A stretch of 64,000 nt of DNA from Clostridia bacterium (lineage in GTDB: Bacteria > Bacillota > Clostridia > Oscillospirales > CAG-382): the NCBI GenBank assembly GCA_017397955.1, contig JAFQHL010000045.1, positions 104,764 through 168,763 of the forward strand, in the 5' to 3' direction. Position 1 is the stretch's first letter. The number at the start of each line of letters is the position of its first letter. Made by a program: the position numbers and the translations under genes. The notes below the pieces were generated by a model. The model was given only the letters and a program-made list of their open reading frames with translations, was not told the origin of the DNA and did no database searches. Shown here in pieces: positions 38,586-46,602 of this stretch.

Positions 38586-39548
38586 TTATCTTGCATCTTT
38601 ATCTTTATTTTCTCGCGTTTTCCACAATGCCATCGGATGCGCCTTTAGACGTTCTAATGCTTCTCCCTCAAAAATAATCTCGGGACAATACTGTCCTTTT
38701 TTGAAGTTCTCCAAGAAGGAGATATCTTTATCCGTAAGATAAAGGTTTTTATCGAGAAAAGCCTTAACAGCATCCTTAGCGGCATTCAGCTCAAAGGCAT
38801 CGCGATCACGAATCACGGGTTTTAGATCGGTCATAATCTTATGCGGTGTAATCGTTTCCATCGCCCGATAATCAATCTTGGTTATCGGGGTGTCTGTCGC
38901 CACAGCCAAGTAGAACACCACGCTTTGGCGATACAAGGCAAGTTCGTCCTCGGAAAAGAGATCGTGACTTACCATATAATTCATATCGTAAAGATCTCTC
39001 GCCGCGCCACGAGTGAGAAGCGCCACCGTCTTTGTGGCGTAAATCTCAATCGGAGATACAGTGTTGACATCAAAGCCTCCGTCTACAATATCGTTTGGCA
39101 TTTTGATCTTCTGTGTGGGCAGAACGTGGGAACGAAGCGAATAATTGATCTCGATCTTGATATTATCCTTCATTCCTCCGGCGTTGGTATATTCAAACAC
39201 ATAGGAATAAAGACTGTGATAGGTTTTGGATTTCGGGCTCAGCGTATAACCCGAAGCGGTCATATACTTTAAGAGCTTATCTCCTATGGTTGCTCTGAAG
39301 GACATCATTTCCGTTCTTCCTACGTTAGCGCAAAAATCAAGGTCGATATCAACGGACAGACGAGGAAGATTGAAGAACAATAGATTGATGGCAGTACCGC
39401 CCTTTAGAGCAAGTTTGTTTCTAAAAAGCTCACTGCTATCGAAAAATTTCAATATTTCGCAAAGTCGTAACACCTTTTCAAAGGTATCTCTTACGACCGA
39501 AAGTTCTTTTGCCTTACGCGCAAGCTCGGTTTTATCATATATCGGCAT
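38586..39548 (-). CDS. AbiEii/AbiGii-family nucleotidyltransferase toxin (DUF1814)
   Basis: 320 aa; LALKGGTAINL...SVDIDL is the N-terminal NTase pattern. Overlaps the upstream AbiEi-like gene by 14 nt. Confidence 0.8.
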   Translation of the reverse strand: MPIYDKTELARKAKELSVVRDTFEKVLRLCEILKFFDSSELFRNKLALKGGTAINLLFFNLPRLSVDIDLDFCANVGRTEMMSFRATIGDKLLKYMTASGYTLSPKSKTYHSLYSYVFEYTNAGGMKDNIKIEINYSLRSHVLPTQKIKMPNDIVDGGFDVNTVSPIEIYATKTVALLTRGAARDLYDMNYMVSHDLFSEDELALYRQSVVFYLAVATDTPITKIDYRAMETITPHKIMTDLKPVIRDRDAFELNAAKDAVKAFLDKNLYLTDKDISFLENFKKGQYCPEIIFEGEALERLKAHPMALWKTRENKDKDAR

Positions 39549-40302
39549 CTATATCACCTCCGGATAGGTTGTTCCATAAATTTTTAGGATAGGTTAAGCG
39601 CCATTTATTACTGAAATCCATATCCGCGCCCTGCATATCTTTGAGCAAATATCTTGAACTGTTTCCCGCGCGCACCTTACATATACGGAAGAATTCGTCT
39701 GATAGGTCAAAATTGTTACGGAAATGCTCAAATATAAAGCCAGCCTTCTGATAAAGAAAACACTTGCCATAGGCTTCAAGATAGGAAAGCATTTTGCTCT
39801 CGTTTAATATGGGGATTGCAGATATACACTGTATCAGTTCTTCAAAGCCCATATCCTTTTCAAAATCGTTGACAGAATCCAAAACCGTCCGTTCAAGATC
39901 TGTGATCCTCTCGCCGCGCGATGTGGTTTCTATACCTACACCAACGCTTGCAGGTACTCTCGTGAATACGTTACCTCCAAACTCAAAGGTATTGAACTTA
40001 CTCTCAGAGGACACGAATACACGATATGATACTTGATTGGCATAACCGTGATATTCAAACGCGGAATGATGAGATATAACGGCGGTTTCGGTTAACTTTG
40101 TGCCGATCAGATACTTGTTGGCAACGGGTTCTTTGTCAAGCGGATTGATTGCTGAATACAATCCCTTTCGTATCTGCACGACCGCGCCGTGCTTGGTATA
40201 ATACAATAGCATTGAAGCTGCCGTTACGTTATTACCCGTCAAAGCAACTGCTTCATCAAACGAAAAACAACCAAGTTGTAGCAATTTTTCCGTATATTTC
40301 AT
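39535..40302 (-). CDS. AbiEi-family antitoxin / transcriptional regulator (type IV TA)
   Basis: N-terminal wHTH-like region and a C-terminal AbiEi_4-like domain; paired with AbiEii. The start is set at MKYTEKLL after AAGGAGGA. Confidence 0.75.
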   Translation of the reverse strand: MKYTEKLLQLGCFSFDEAVALTGNNVTAASMLLYYTKHGAVVQIRKGLYSAINPLDKEPVANKYLIGTKLTETAVISHHSAFEYHGYANQVSYRVFVSSESKFNTFEFGGNVFTRVPASVGVGIETTSRGERITDLERTVLDSVNDFEKDMGFEELIQCISAIPILNESKMLSYLEAYGKCFLYQKAGFIFEHFRNNFDLSDEFFRICKVRAGNSSRYLLKDMQGADMDFSNKWRLTYPKNLWNNLSGGDIDADI

Positions 40303-40334
40303 AAAAAACATCCTCCTTTCGATTCATTGTTTAT

Positions 40335-40387
40335 ATTATACTCGATTATCGGTTGTTTGTCAATATGTTTGAGAACATTTCAAACAT
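40335..40387 (-). promoter_or_regulatory. abiE promoter with adjacent inverted-repeat operator candidate
   Basis: On the minus strand: TTGACA (40363-40358), 17-nt spacer, TATAAT (40340-40335). Immediately upstream lies ATGTTTGA-N7-TCAAACAT (40365-40387). Confidence 0.7.
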
Positions 40388-40405
40388 AAAATTCTGATAA
40401 AAACT

Positions 40406-40445
40406 AAGCGACCTGCCTTTTACAGCAGATCGCTTGATTTGTTTA
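40406..40445 (-). repeat. 40-bp perfect direct repeat (copy 2), terminator after recombinase gene
   Basis: Identical to 38546-38585; lies 3' of the serine recombinase stop (40497). Confidence 0.85.
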
Positions 40446-40496
40446 ATATTTACTTGATAATAGCGGTATTTTCAATACCTTTGGGCAATACTTAAA

Positions 40497-42389
40497 TTAA
40501 GCGCTCGGTACTTGTCTGACCTCAAAGGGCAGCGTCGGGGGATTATCCTTCATATCCTCCGCGAAGCTCTCGATGATATCCGCTTGGGTTTGAGCAAACT
40601 GTGCGGCTTTCTTCGCCTTTTCCTCCGCGCGTATTCTCTTACGACGGGCAAGCTCCTTGTCTCTGCGTTTGCGGTACAGTTCCTTCCAATACCGATCCTT
40701 CTCCATCTGCTCCAATTCCTCGGGTGTAGGTTCGGGCGCGGGAATACTGATATTGCCGACAAAGTTCAAATAGATCTCGACCTCTTGGATACGCTCTCCT
40801 GTGGAACGGTCGGGGGCGTGAACTACGATCTTGTCGATAAACTCGTTTATCATCGGCTTTGTAAGCTCGGAGAAGTCTGTGTACTTGGCGGCAAGAGACA
40901 GAAAAGCGTCGATGTTAACGCTGTCTTTCTCAAACTGTTCTACCGCATTTTCCGCTTCGGATATGGATATTTTGAGTTCCTTCTGCTCCTGCTCATAGCC
41001 GCTTGAGAGCATATCGAACTTTTCCTCGGATATTTTACCGACAGCGTAGGATTCGTAAAGACGTTTATAGAGAACGTCCAATTCCTCATAGCGCCGCTTG
41101 TCCTTGTTCAGCTTACGCTTTAATTCCTTTGCGGTGTTGTCTTGCTGTACCGCCGACGCTTCACGAACACGGGCAATAAAGTCATCCTTGTTGGCAATGG
41201 CGTATTGGCTGACCGTTCTGACGGTAAATAATACGATCTCTCTTAAAGAATTGGTACTGATATGATGTGCAAAGCATCCCTTGCCCTTATTCTTCTTGGA
41301 TAACTTATAAGTTGAGCAATTATACGCATCCGTTCCCGAATGCTTCGTTCCAATCGAATCCGTAAAAGGACGCGAGCGTTGGTTATACATCTTCTCACCG
41401 CAATCGGCGCAATAGACAAGTCCCGTAAATGGATTGGATTCTTCAATCGTATCACAGCGTCGGGGCGTTCCCAAGAGCTTTTGGCACAACTGCCAAGTTT
41501 CAAGGTCAATGATGGGTTCTTGAGTCCCTTCAAATACTGCCCACTTTTCGGGTGGGTTCTGAATACTTTTCTTATCCTTGTAGGATTTGCTTGTGGTACG
41601 GAAGTTGACAGTATATCCAAGATAGTCGGGCTTGGTCAGTATATGCTTGACCATCGTGCCACTCCACTTATATGGGTCTAACACATCAAGGCGATTCTTA
41701 TATACACCATTACTCCGCTTGGCTTGATAATAGCCGGGTGTTTCGATCTTATCCGCTTGCAGTTGCTTGGCGATCATCTGTATGCCTTTGCCCTCAATGC
41801 AAAGCCGATAGATGCGTCTGACGACCTCTGCCGCTTCTTCATCCACAAGCCAATGATGCTTGTCCTCGGGGTCTTTCTTGTACCCATAGGGCGCGTGAGA
41901 GGAAATATGCTTTCCCGAATTGCCGATGACCTGCTTGGTGGCTCTGATCTTGCGGCTGCAATCTCGCAAGTACCATTCATTCATCACGTTCAAAAAAGGT
42001 GCGAACTCGCTACTTCCTTGATTATCACTATCCACTCCGTTGGCAATGGCGATAAAGTGGATGTCCTTCTGCCCGAAATAGATCTCGGTGTAATAACCGA
42101 CTTCAAGGTAATTACGACCGATACGGCTCATATCCTTCGTGATGACCATACCGACCTTACCTGCTTCAATGTCCTCGATCAGACGTTTCCAATCGGGTCT
42201 GTCGAAGCTGCCGCCGCTGTAACCGTCATCGGTGTAGTGGACGATATTGGTGTAGCCGTTCTGTTCGCAATAGGTTTCGAGCATTTTCTTTTGATTCACG
42301 ATGGAATTGCTATCGCCAAGCTGCTCGTCGTCTCTCGATAGTCTTTCATAAAGGGCAGTAATCAATCCGTCAATCTGCTTGTTGTTCAT
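40497..42389 (-). CDS. large serine recombinase (TnpX-like)
   Basis: N-terminal resolvase domain (ALYERLSRDDEQ...SNSIVNQKKML...GYSGGSFDRPDW...VITKDMSRIGRN), recombinase domain, Cys-rich zinc ribbon (CADCGEKMY...YNCSTY), and a long coiled-coil tail; 630 aa. Confidence 0.92.
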   Translation of the reverse strand: MNNKQIDGLITALYERLSRDDEQLGDSNSIVNQKKMLETYCEQNGYTNIVHYTDDGYSGGSFDRPDWKRLIEDIEAGKVGMVITKDMSRIGRNYLEVGYYTEIYFGQKDIHFIAIANGVDSDNQGSSEFAPFLNVMNEWYLRDCSRKIRATKQVIGNSGKHISSHAPYGYKKDPEDKHHWLVDEEAAEVVRRIYRLCIEGKGIQMIAKQLQADKIETPGYYQAKRSNGVYKNRLDVLDPYKWSGTMVKHILTKPDYLGYTVNFRTTSKSYKDKKSIQNPPEKWAVFEGTQEPIIDLETWQLCQKLLGTPRRCDTIEESNPFTGLVYCADCGEKMYNQRSRPFTDSIGTKHSGTDAYNCSTYKLSKKNKGKGCFAHHISTNSLREIVLFTVRTVSQYAIANKDDFIARVREASAVQQDNTAKELKRKLNKDKRRYEELDVLYKRLYESYAVGKISEEKFDMLSSGYEQEQKELKISISEAENAVEQFEKDSVNIDAFLSLAAKYTDFSELTKPMINEFIDKIVVHAPDRSTGERIQEVEIYLNFVGNISIPAPEPTPEELEQMEKDRYWKELYRKRRDKELARRKRIRAEEKAKKAAQFAQTQADIIESFAEDMKDNPPTLPFEVRQVPSA

Positions 42390-42402
42390 TCTTGAACTCC
42401 TT

Positions 42403-42621
42403 TCAAGCAGGACGGCTCATTTGTGGTGACTCTATTATACCACACTTTTCGCCGTTTGTCGATACCTCATTTTTAATCATTCGTAAAATTTTATCCTCCA
42501 TCGTTTCTTTTGCGGTCTCGCTGAAGAAAACCTTCAGCTTGTAGGTGGTGCTCCCGATGCGGCGGGTGATGACGTTTTCCTTCAAATTGTTATTCTTTTC
42601 GTTCAATAGGCTTTCCTCCAA
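42403..42621 (-). CDS. TnpW-like transposon-encoded small protein
   Basis: RRIGSTTYKLKVFFSETAKETMEDKILRMIKNE is the pattern of TnpW-family proteins; sits directly upstream of the recombinase. Confidence 0.65.
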   Translation of the reverse strand: MEESLLNEKNNNLKENVITRRIGSTTYKLKVFFSETAKETMEDKILRMIKNEVSTNGEKCGIIESPQMSRPA

Positions 42622-43029
42622 AATTCAAATTTAGATTGGTCGCCGATCTGAGCGCGTCTGTCAGCCTCCTTACGCTTCGTTATTTGCGTCTGTGATCGAC
42701 TTATGTAAAGCCCTGCAACCGCATTTGCAGGGGAAATATCCACGTGGACACGATGTCCACTCGGGTTATATAGCGCGTTACGGATAATCTGTCTGTGTGG
42801 TGTGGGTCATTTTGACCCATACCACGCTCTCCGATTAAACGTAACAGCATACTTTTTATGTATCCGTGCGCTGTTCTCCTATCCCATTCTCTGCGACGTA
42901 TTCCGTATTGGCGTGCTCGGTCAAAAGACTGTCTTGGCACACATCGCCTACGGTAATATCCACACGGCGTTATTCGATTTTCAAGGAACGTAAATGTATA
43001 AGGCTAAATTGTGGGGGCAGTGTTCAAGT

Positions 43030-44250
43030 TACCTCTCACTATTTAGTTGGGAACTTTCTCGGCAAAAATTAGCCATCGACCAAGAAATAAATATCCCTCT
43101 AAGTGGTAGGCAGCGAGAATGGCTAAAACCCGCCACAAAATCAAAAAAATATTTTATGACCTCATCTAATAGGACAAAAATACGCGAATTGTATAGTGTC
43201 TGTAAAAATTCCTCTCTATTAGGTAGCCAGCGAAATTGGTAAAAACCCGACACGATTTCAAAATATCCCCCTAAGTAGTAGGCAGCGAAAAGGGCAAAAA
43301 GACAACCATAGCCTCAAAAAACTCTCCTTCACTTGACAACGGACATTTTTTCATTGAAATCGGGGGTAGGTAAACTCACCACTCTCAAATTTTCTCTCCT
43401 ACTATTCGTTGCTGACTTTTTGGGAAAATTTTGCGTGCCTTTCTAATATTCGTTACTGACTTTTTTGCAAAATAATAGCCTGAGAACATCAAAAAAATCC
43501 CCCTCTAAGTGGTAGCCGGCGAAACGACCCAAAAAGGGCAAGATTTTCAGAAAAAATTTTACTCCTCAATAGGTAGGCAGCGAGAACGGCTAAAACCCGA
43601 CATTTCCTCTAATATTTAGTTGGGAACTTTTTTGTCGTTTGAGCCAAACTTTTTTGAAAATAAAAGTCCCTCTAAGTGGTAGCCAGCGAGAAGCCTTGAT
43701 TTTTGCACTTTTGTGTAAATTTGTCCCTCTAATTGGTAGGCAGCGAAATCGCAGAAAAAGGGCAAGATTCTGAAAAAATATTTATCCCCTCAATAGGTAG
43801 CCGGCGAAAACGCGTAAAACCCGCCACTTTTTTCGTTTCTATTTTATTACCGTATCGAAAACGGCAAAATTGTCCTACGAAAACAAGCTCTCAATTGGTA
43901 GCCATCGAAAACCCCAATTTTATACCCCTCACTATTACGTTGCTTACTTTTTTTGAATTTGGCCGAAAATTTTTTCAAAAAAATTGAAGAAAATTTTTGC
44001 TCCCTTAAGTAGTAGGCGATAAGAATGGAGAAAACTCGACACTTCCTCTAATATTTAGTTGGGAACTTTTTTCACGTTTGGACGAAAAATACTTTGAAAA
44101 ATATGTCCCTCTAATTGGTAGGCAGCGAGAAGCCGCGATTTTTGCACTTTTCAGAAAAATTGTCCTCTACTTTTTAGTTGGGAACTTTTTTGAGAAATTT
44201 TGCGTGATACTTACAAATAATTTATCCTTCTAAGTAGTAGGCAGCGAAAA
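43030..44250 (+). repeat. non-coding array of ~20 degenerate 25-29-nt direct repeats (two motif classes) with recurring inter-repeat segments
   Basis: Class A CCCTCTAAGTGGTAGSCAGCGARAA starts at 43095, 43211, 43267, 43499, 43562, 43667, 43724, 43785, 43887, 44001, 44106 and 44225. Class B CCTCTAATATTTAGTTGGGAACTTTTTT starts at 43032, 43394, 43438, 43606, 43925, 44045 and 44164. Mean period is ~60 bp. No credible ORF. Confidence 0.9.
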
Positions 44251-44295
44251 GGGCAAAAATATAAGGCTGTTCGTAAAAAACAGCCTAAAAATTGA

Positions 44296-44330
44296 AAACG
44301 GCGGTGGAATTTTGTTTTCCACCGCCGTTT
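44296..44330 (-). terminator. rho-independent terminator after the 44343-45705 operon
   Basis: AAACGGCGGTGGAA-TTTTGT-TTCCACCGCCGTTT 14-bp stem. A second hairpin AGGCTGTT-N8-AACAGCCT lies at 44264-44287. Confidence 0.8.
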
Positions 44331-44342
44331 AAGGTCATTTAT

Positions 44343-44840
44343 TCAATTTGTTTCCATAACTCTTGCACAAGCCTCGGGTTCATATTTTATGCTTTCAATC
44401 ATTCGCTTGATGTTGTCTCGTTTCATAAAAGCTTCAATCTGATCTCGTTGTTCGTCGTTTTCAACCTCGTGTGTGATTGCTAAAACAAACCCGTTTTGTC
44501 CTTCACTGTTCATCGGATAGCCGAGTCGTTCTTCGTAGTATTCGTAAGACCACCCGCCGTTCCGATAGAAAGAAGCATAACCACTCATTCCATTACGTTC
44601 AACGGGAAAGATATTCCCGACGTTCTCATTTTCATCGTAAGCGAGGATCTGCGCTATTTCTCCATACGGAGATTTATCAAATTCTTCTGCTCCTATATCG
44701 ATCTGAAATCTTCCATCGTAGGTTTCGACTATAATCGTATCGGGGGATACAACGGACGGATCGGAAACAAAACACATATCCTCGGGCAATTCAAACGAAA
44801 AGCTCTGAGTATATAATCTTCCGTTTTTTATGTATAACAT
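44343..44840 (-). CDS. hypothetical protein
   Basis: 165-aa ORF whose start abuts the stop of the sigma-like gene; no family recognised. Confidence 0.5.
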   Translation of the reverse strand: MLYIKNGRLYTQSFSFELPEDMCFVSDPSVVSPDTIIVETYDGRFQIDIGAEEFDKSPYGEIAQILAYDENENVGNIFPVERNGMSGYASFYRNGGWSYEYYEERLGYPMNSEGQNGFVLAITHEVENDEQRDQIEAFMKRDNIKRMIESIKYEPEACARVMETN

Positions 44841-45479
44841 TTATTTTTCTTCCTTCCTGTTCGGTATAAATTTGTTCCAATTCGTATTGGTAATGCCGAG
44901 GTTTTCAAGCTCCACGGCAACCTCTACGATAGACTTTTTTCCCAAGTCCTTGATGCCCATGATCTCGTCCTCGGTAAGTTCAACAATGTCCTTTACCGTC
45001 TCATATCCTTTGGCGATAAGGCGGTTTATCGGTCTTACTGAAATATTCAATTCACTGATTCGACGCTGATACTTATCTTCACTGTAACGCTCTTCCTTTT
45101 CCAGCGCTATTTCTTTACATCTTTCCTCGTAGGTATGCTTACCGTACTTTATGTATCCAATCAACGGGGGATGATGAAGTTTAGAGATAGATCTATGCTC
45201 TAAGGTGCGGATGCGTTCTCCCGTAACGTCAAACTCTTTTGCGATAGCAGTATAGGTCATTTTCCGTGCGTAACGCATTTCGATAACTTTCTGATCGCGC
45301 GGCGGCAACGTAGAGAGCGCATATTCAAGTCCGGCAACCATATCCTCGGTTATATTATCCACGGGAATCTGTACGTTGAACCATTTATCTGTTGCAAGCG
45401 TTAAAAACAGATTGCGTGGGTATGGCTCCTTGTATGCTGCTTTAAGTATATTTTTTGTTTCATTATCCAATGCTTTCAT
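44841..45479 (-). CDS. sigma-70 region-4-like HTH protein with RpoA-CTD-like helix-hairpin-helix tail
   Basis: LPPRDQKVIEMRYARKMTYTAIAKEFDVTGERIRTLEHRSISKL (region 4 HTH), then LNISVRPINRLIAKGYETVKDIVELTEDEIMGIKDLGKKS (alpha-CTD-like). Confidence 0.7.
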   Translation of the reverse strand: MKALDNETKNILKAAYKEPYPRNLFLTLATDKWFNVQIPVDNITEDMVAGLEYALSTLPPRDQKVIEMRYARKMTYTAIAKEFDVTGERIRTLEHRSISKLHHPPLIGYIKYGKHTYEERCKEIALEKEERYSEDKYQRRISELNISVRPINRLIAKGYETVKDIVELTEDEIMGIKDLGKKSIVEVAVELENLGITNTNWNKFIPNRKEEK

Positions 45480-45705
45480 CCTCCTTGATCACTTTTATAC
45501 ATTCCTTGCACAAGCAGTATTTCGACTTGGCAGGGATAACGGCACCACAGCTATGACATACTGTTTGCTTCGGCGTTAAGACGATAGCTCCGTCCTTGAC
45601 CTCCATATCAAGATCGCATTTCGTATCGACACTCAATGCCTTTCTAAATTCTATCGGAAGAACGATCCTTCCAAGCTCATCAATCTTTCTTGTAATTACC
45701 AACAT
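45463..45705 (-). CDS. AbrB/MazE/SpoVT-family DNA-binding protein with C-terminal CxxC pairs
   Basis: ITRKIDELGRIVLPIEFRKAL swapped-hairpin motif; C-terminal CHSCG...CLCKEC. Confidence 0.75.
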   Translation of the reverse strand: MLVITRKIDELGRIVLPIEFRKALSVDTKCDLDMEVKDGAIVLTPKQTVCHSCGAVIPAKSKYCLCKECIKVIKEDESIG

Positions 45706-45816
45706 TTTGTTTCTCCTTCGCCTTCATATTATTTTACCATATTTTTTACCATTTGAAAATGGCATAGCAGTTCAATTTTTGCTGGCTCAGCAGTTCATTG
45801 ATGCTTTTATTCTCGT

Positions 45817-45958
45817 TGTCGAATAATGACGAAGGGTGCTTTGCGTTTCGACATAATATTACCCACCTTTCTATCGTGTTACGATTGCTCTTATCGCTAC
45901 GCTCACATTATAGCATAGGCGTATTGTCGAATTATGTTATAATCTCGTGTCGAAATAA
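45817..45958. promoter_or_regulatory. cluster of four TGTCGAA heptamers (operator candidates) in the regulator intergenic region
   Basis: TGTCGAATAAT at 45817, inverted TTCGACATAAT at 45847, TGTCGAATTAT at 45925, TGTCGAAATAA at 45948. Confidence 0.45.
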
Positions 45959-45982
45959 AAAAATCTGCGATTTCTCGCAGAT
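45955..45982 (-). terminator. terminator after XRE gene
   Basis: On the minus strand, ATCTGCGA-GAAA-TCGCAGAT is followed by TTTTTTT. Confidence 0.75.
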
Positions 45983-46008
45983 TATGTGGATAAGCTATTC
46001 AATTTCGT

Positions 46009-46338
46009 TTATTTTCTTCTTGCCGTTCTCAAAAGAGCATCGAGCACTTCAAAGATTCTTTGCTGTTCTTCAGCAGGAAGTGTTGCGATCTCGTCGGAAA
46101 GGCGAGAGGTGCGGTTCACGTAACCGTTCTTTATGACATCACGGAAAAGGTCGTCAGCCGTAATGTCAAGACAGTCGATGATCTGAACCAACAATTCCAA
46201 CTTGATGTTGTATGCACCGCGCTCCAACGCACTCATATAGTTCGGAGAAATACCGATCATCTCGGCAAGCTTCTCTTGGGGAATCTTTTTCTGTTTGCGA
46301 ATTTCTTTAATTCGGCGTCCGATCTCCTGTTCAATCAT
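46009..46338 (-). CDS. XRE-family HTH transcriptional regulator
   Basis: IGRRIKEIRKQKKIPQEKLAEMIGISPNYMSALERG is a canonical HTH_3. Confidence 0.85.
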   Translation of the reverse strand: MIEQEIGRRIKEIRKQKKIPQEKLAEMIGISPNYMSALERGAYNIKLELLVQIIDCLDITADDLFRDVIKNGYVNRTSRLSDEIATLPAEEQQRIFEVLDALLRTARRK

Positions 46339-46354
46339 AGTTTCACCTCCAATT

Positions 46355-46435
46355 CAATCGGTATAGCATAAGTATAATTGTTTTCCGATTGATTTAGAAG
46401 TAAGGTCTCCGATAGGAGCAATCGGAAACCGATAG
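46355..46435. promoter_or_regulatory. CAATCGG/CCGATWG palindromic motif set upstream of the XRE gene (operator candidates)
   Basis: CAATCGG at 46355-46361 and its complement CCGATTG at 46385-46391; CCGATAG at 46409-46415; CAATCGG-AAA-CCGATAG at 46419-46435. Confidence 0.45.
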
Positions 46436-46555
46436 ACAATGCCGCTTTTCGATTAGAAAATTGAAATTTGTAATGTCCGCTCAGCATTGTCTTGTTGATC
46501 GTCTTTATATTATATCATAAAAATGTTAAACTTTCCACCACGATAAATAGCAAGA

Positions 46556-46586
46556 CGGCGGTGGAAAATGTGTTATTCTCCACCGC
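46556..46586 (-). terminator. terminator hairpin after 46603-47016
   Basis: GGCGGTGGA-N13-TCCACCGCC. The stem sequence is related to the 44296-44330 terminator. Confidence 0.6.
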
Positions 46587-46602
46587 CGCAGCGTTATTGG
46601 CT

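Noticed and set aside
42701-43072. Short ORFs (42701-42940 minus, 42802-42993, 42866-43072 plus) upstream of tnpW
   Set aside because: They overlap one another and the strong hairpins. None has an RBS or recognisable motifs, so the region is treated as non-coding.
43029-43987. ORF-track entries inside the array (43029-43253 minus, 74 aa; 43733-43987 plus, 84 aa) and the recurring (S/A)GF.R.R.LP mini-peptides on the minus strand
   Set aside because: The repeated peptides simply mirror the nucleotide repeats. The frames change between units, since the period is not a multiple of 3. Starts and RBSs are inconsistent and composition is low-complexity.
43030-44250. CRISPR array interpretation of the ~60-bp-period repeat region
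   Set aside because: The repeats are highly degenerate and fall into two sequence classes. The 'spacers' recur in three families. Spacing varies from 37 to 76 bp. No cas genes or leader-like organisation lie in or near the element.
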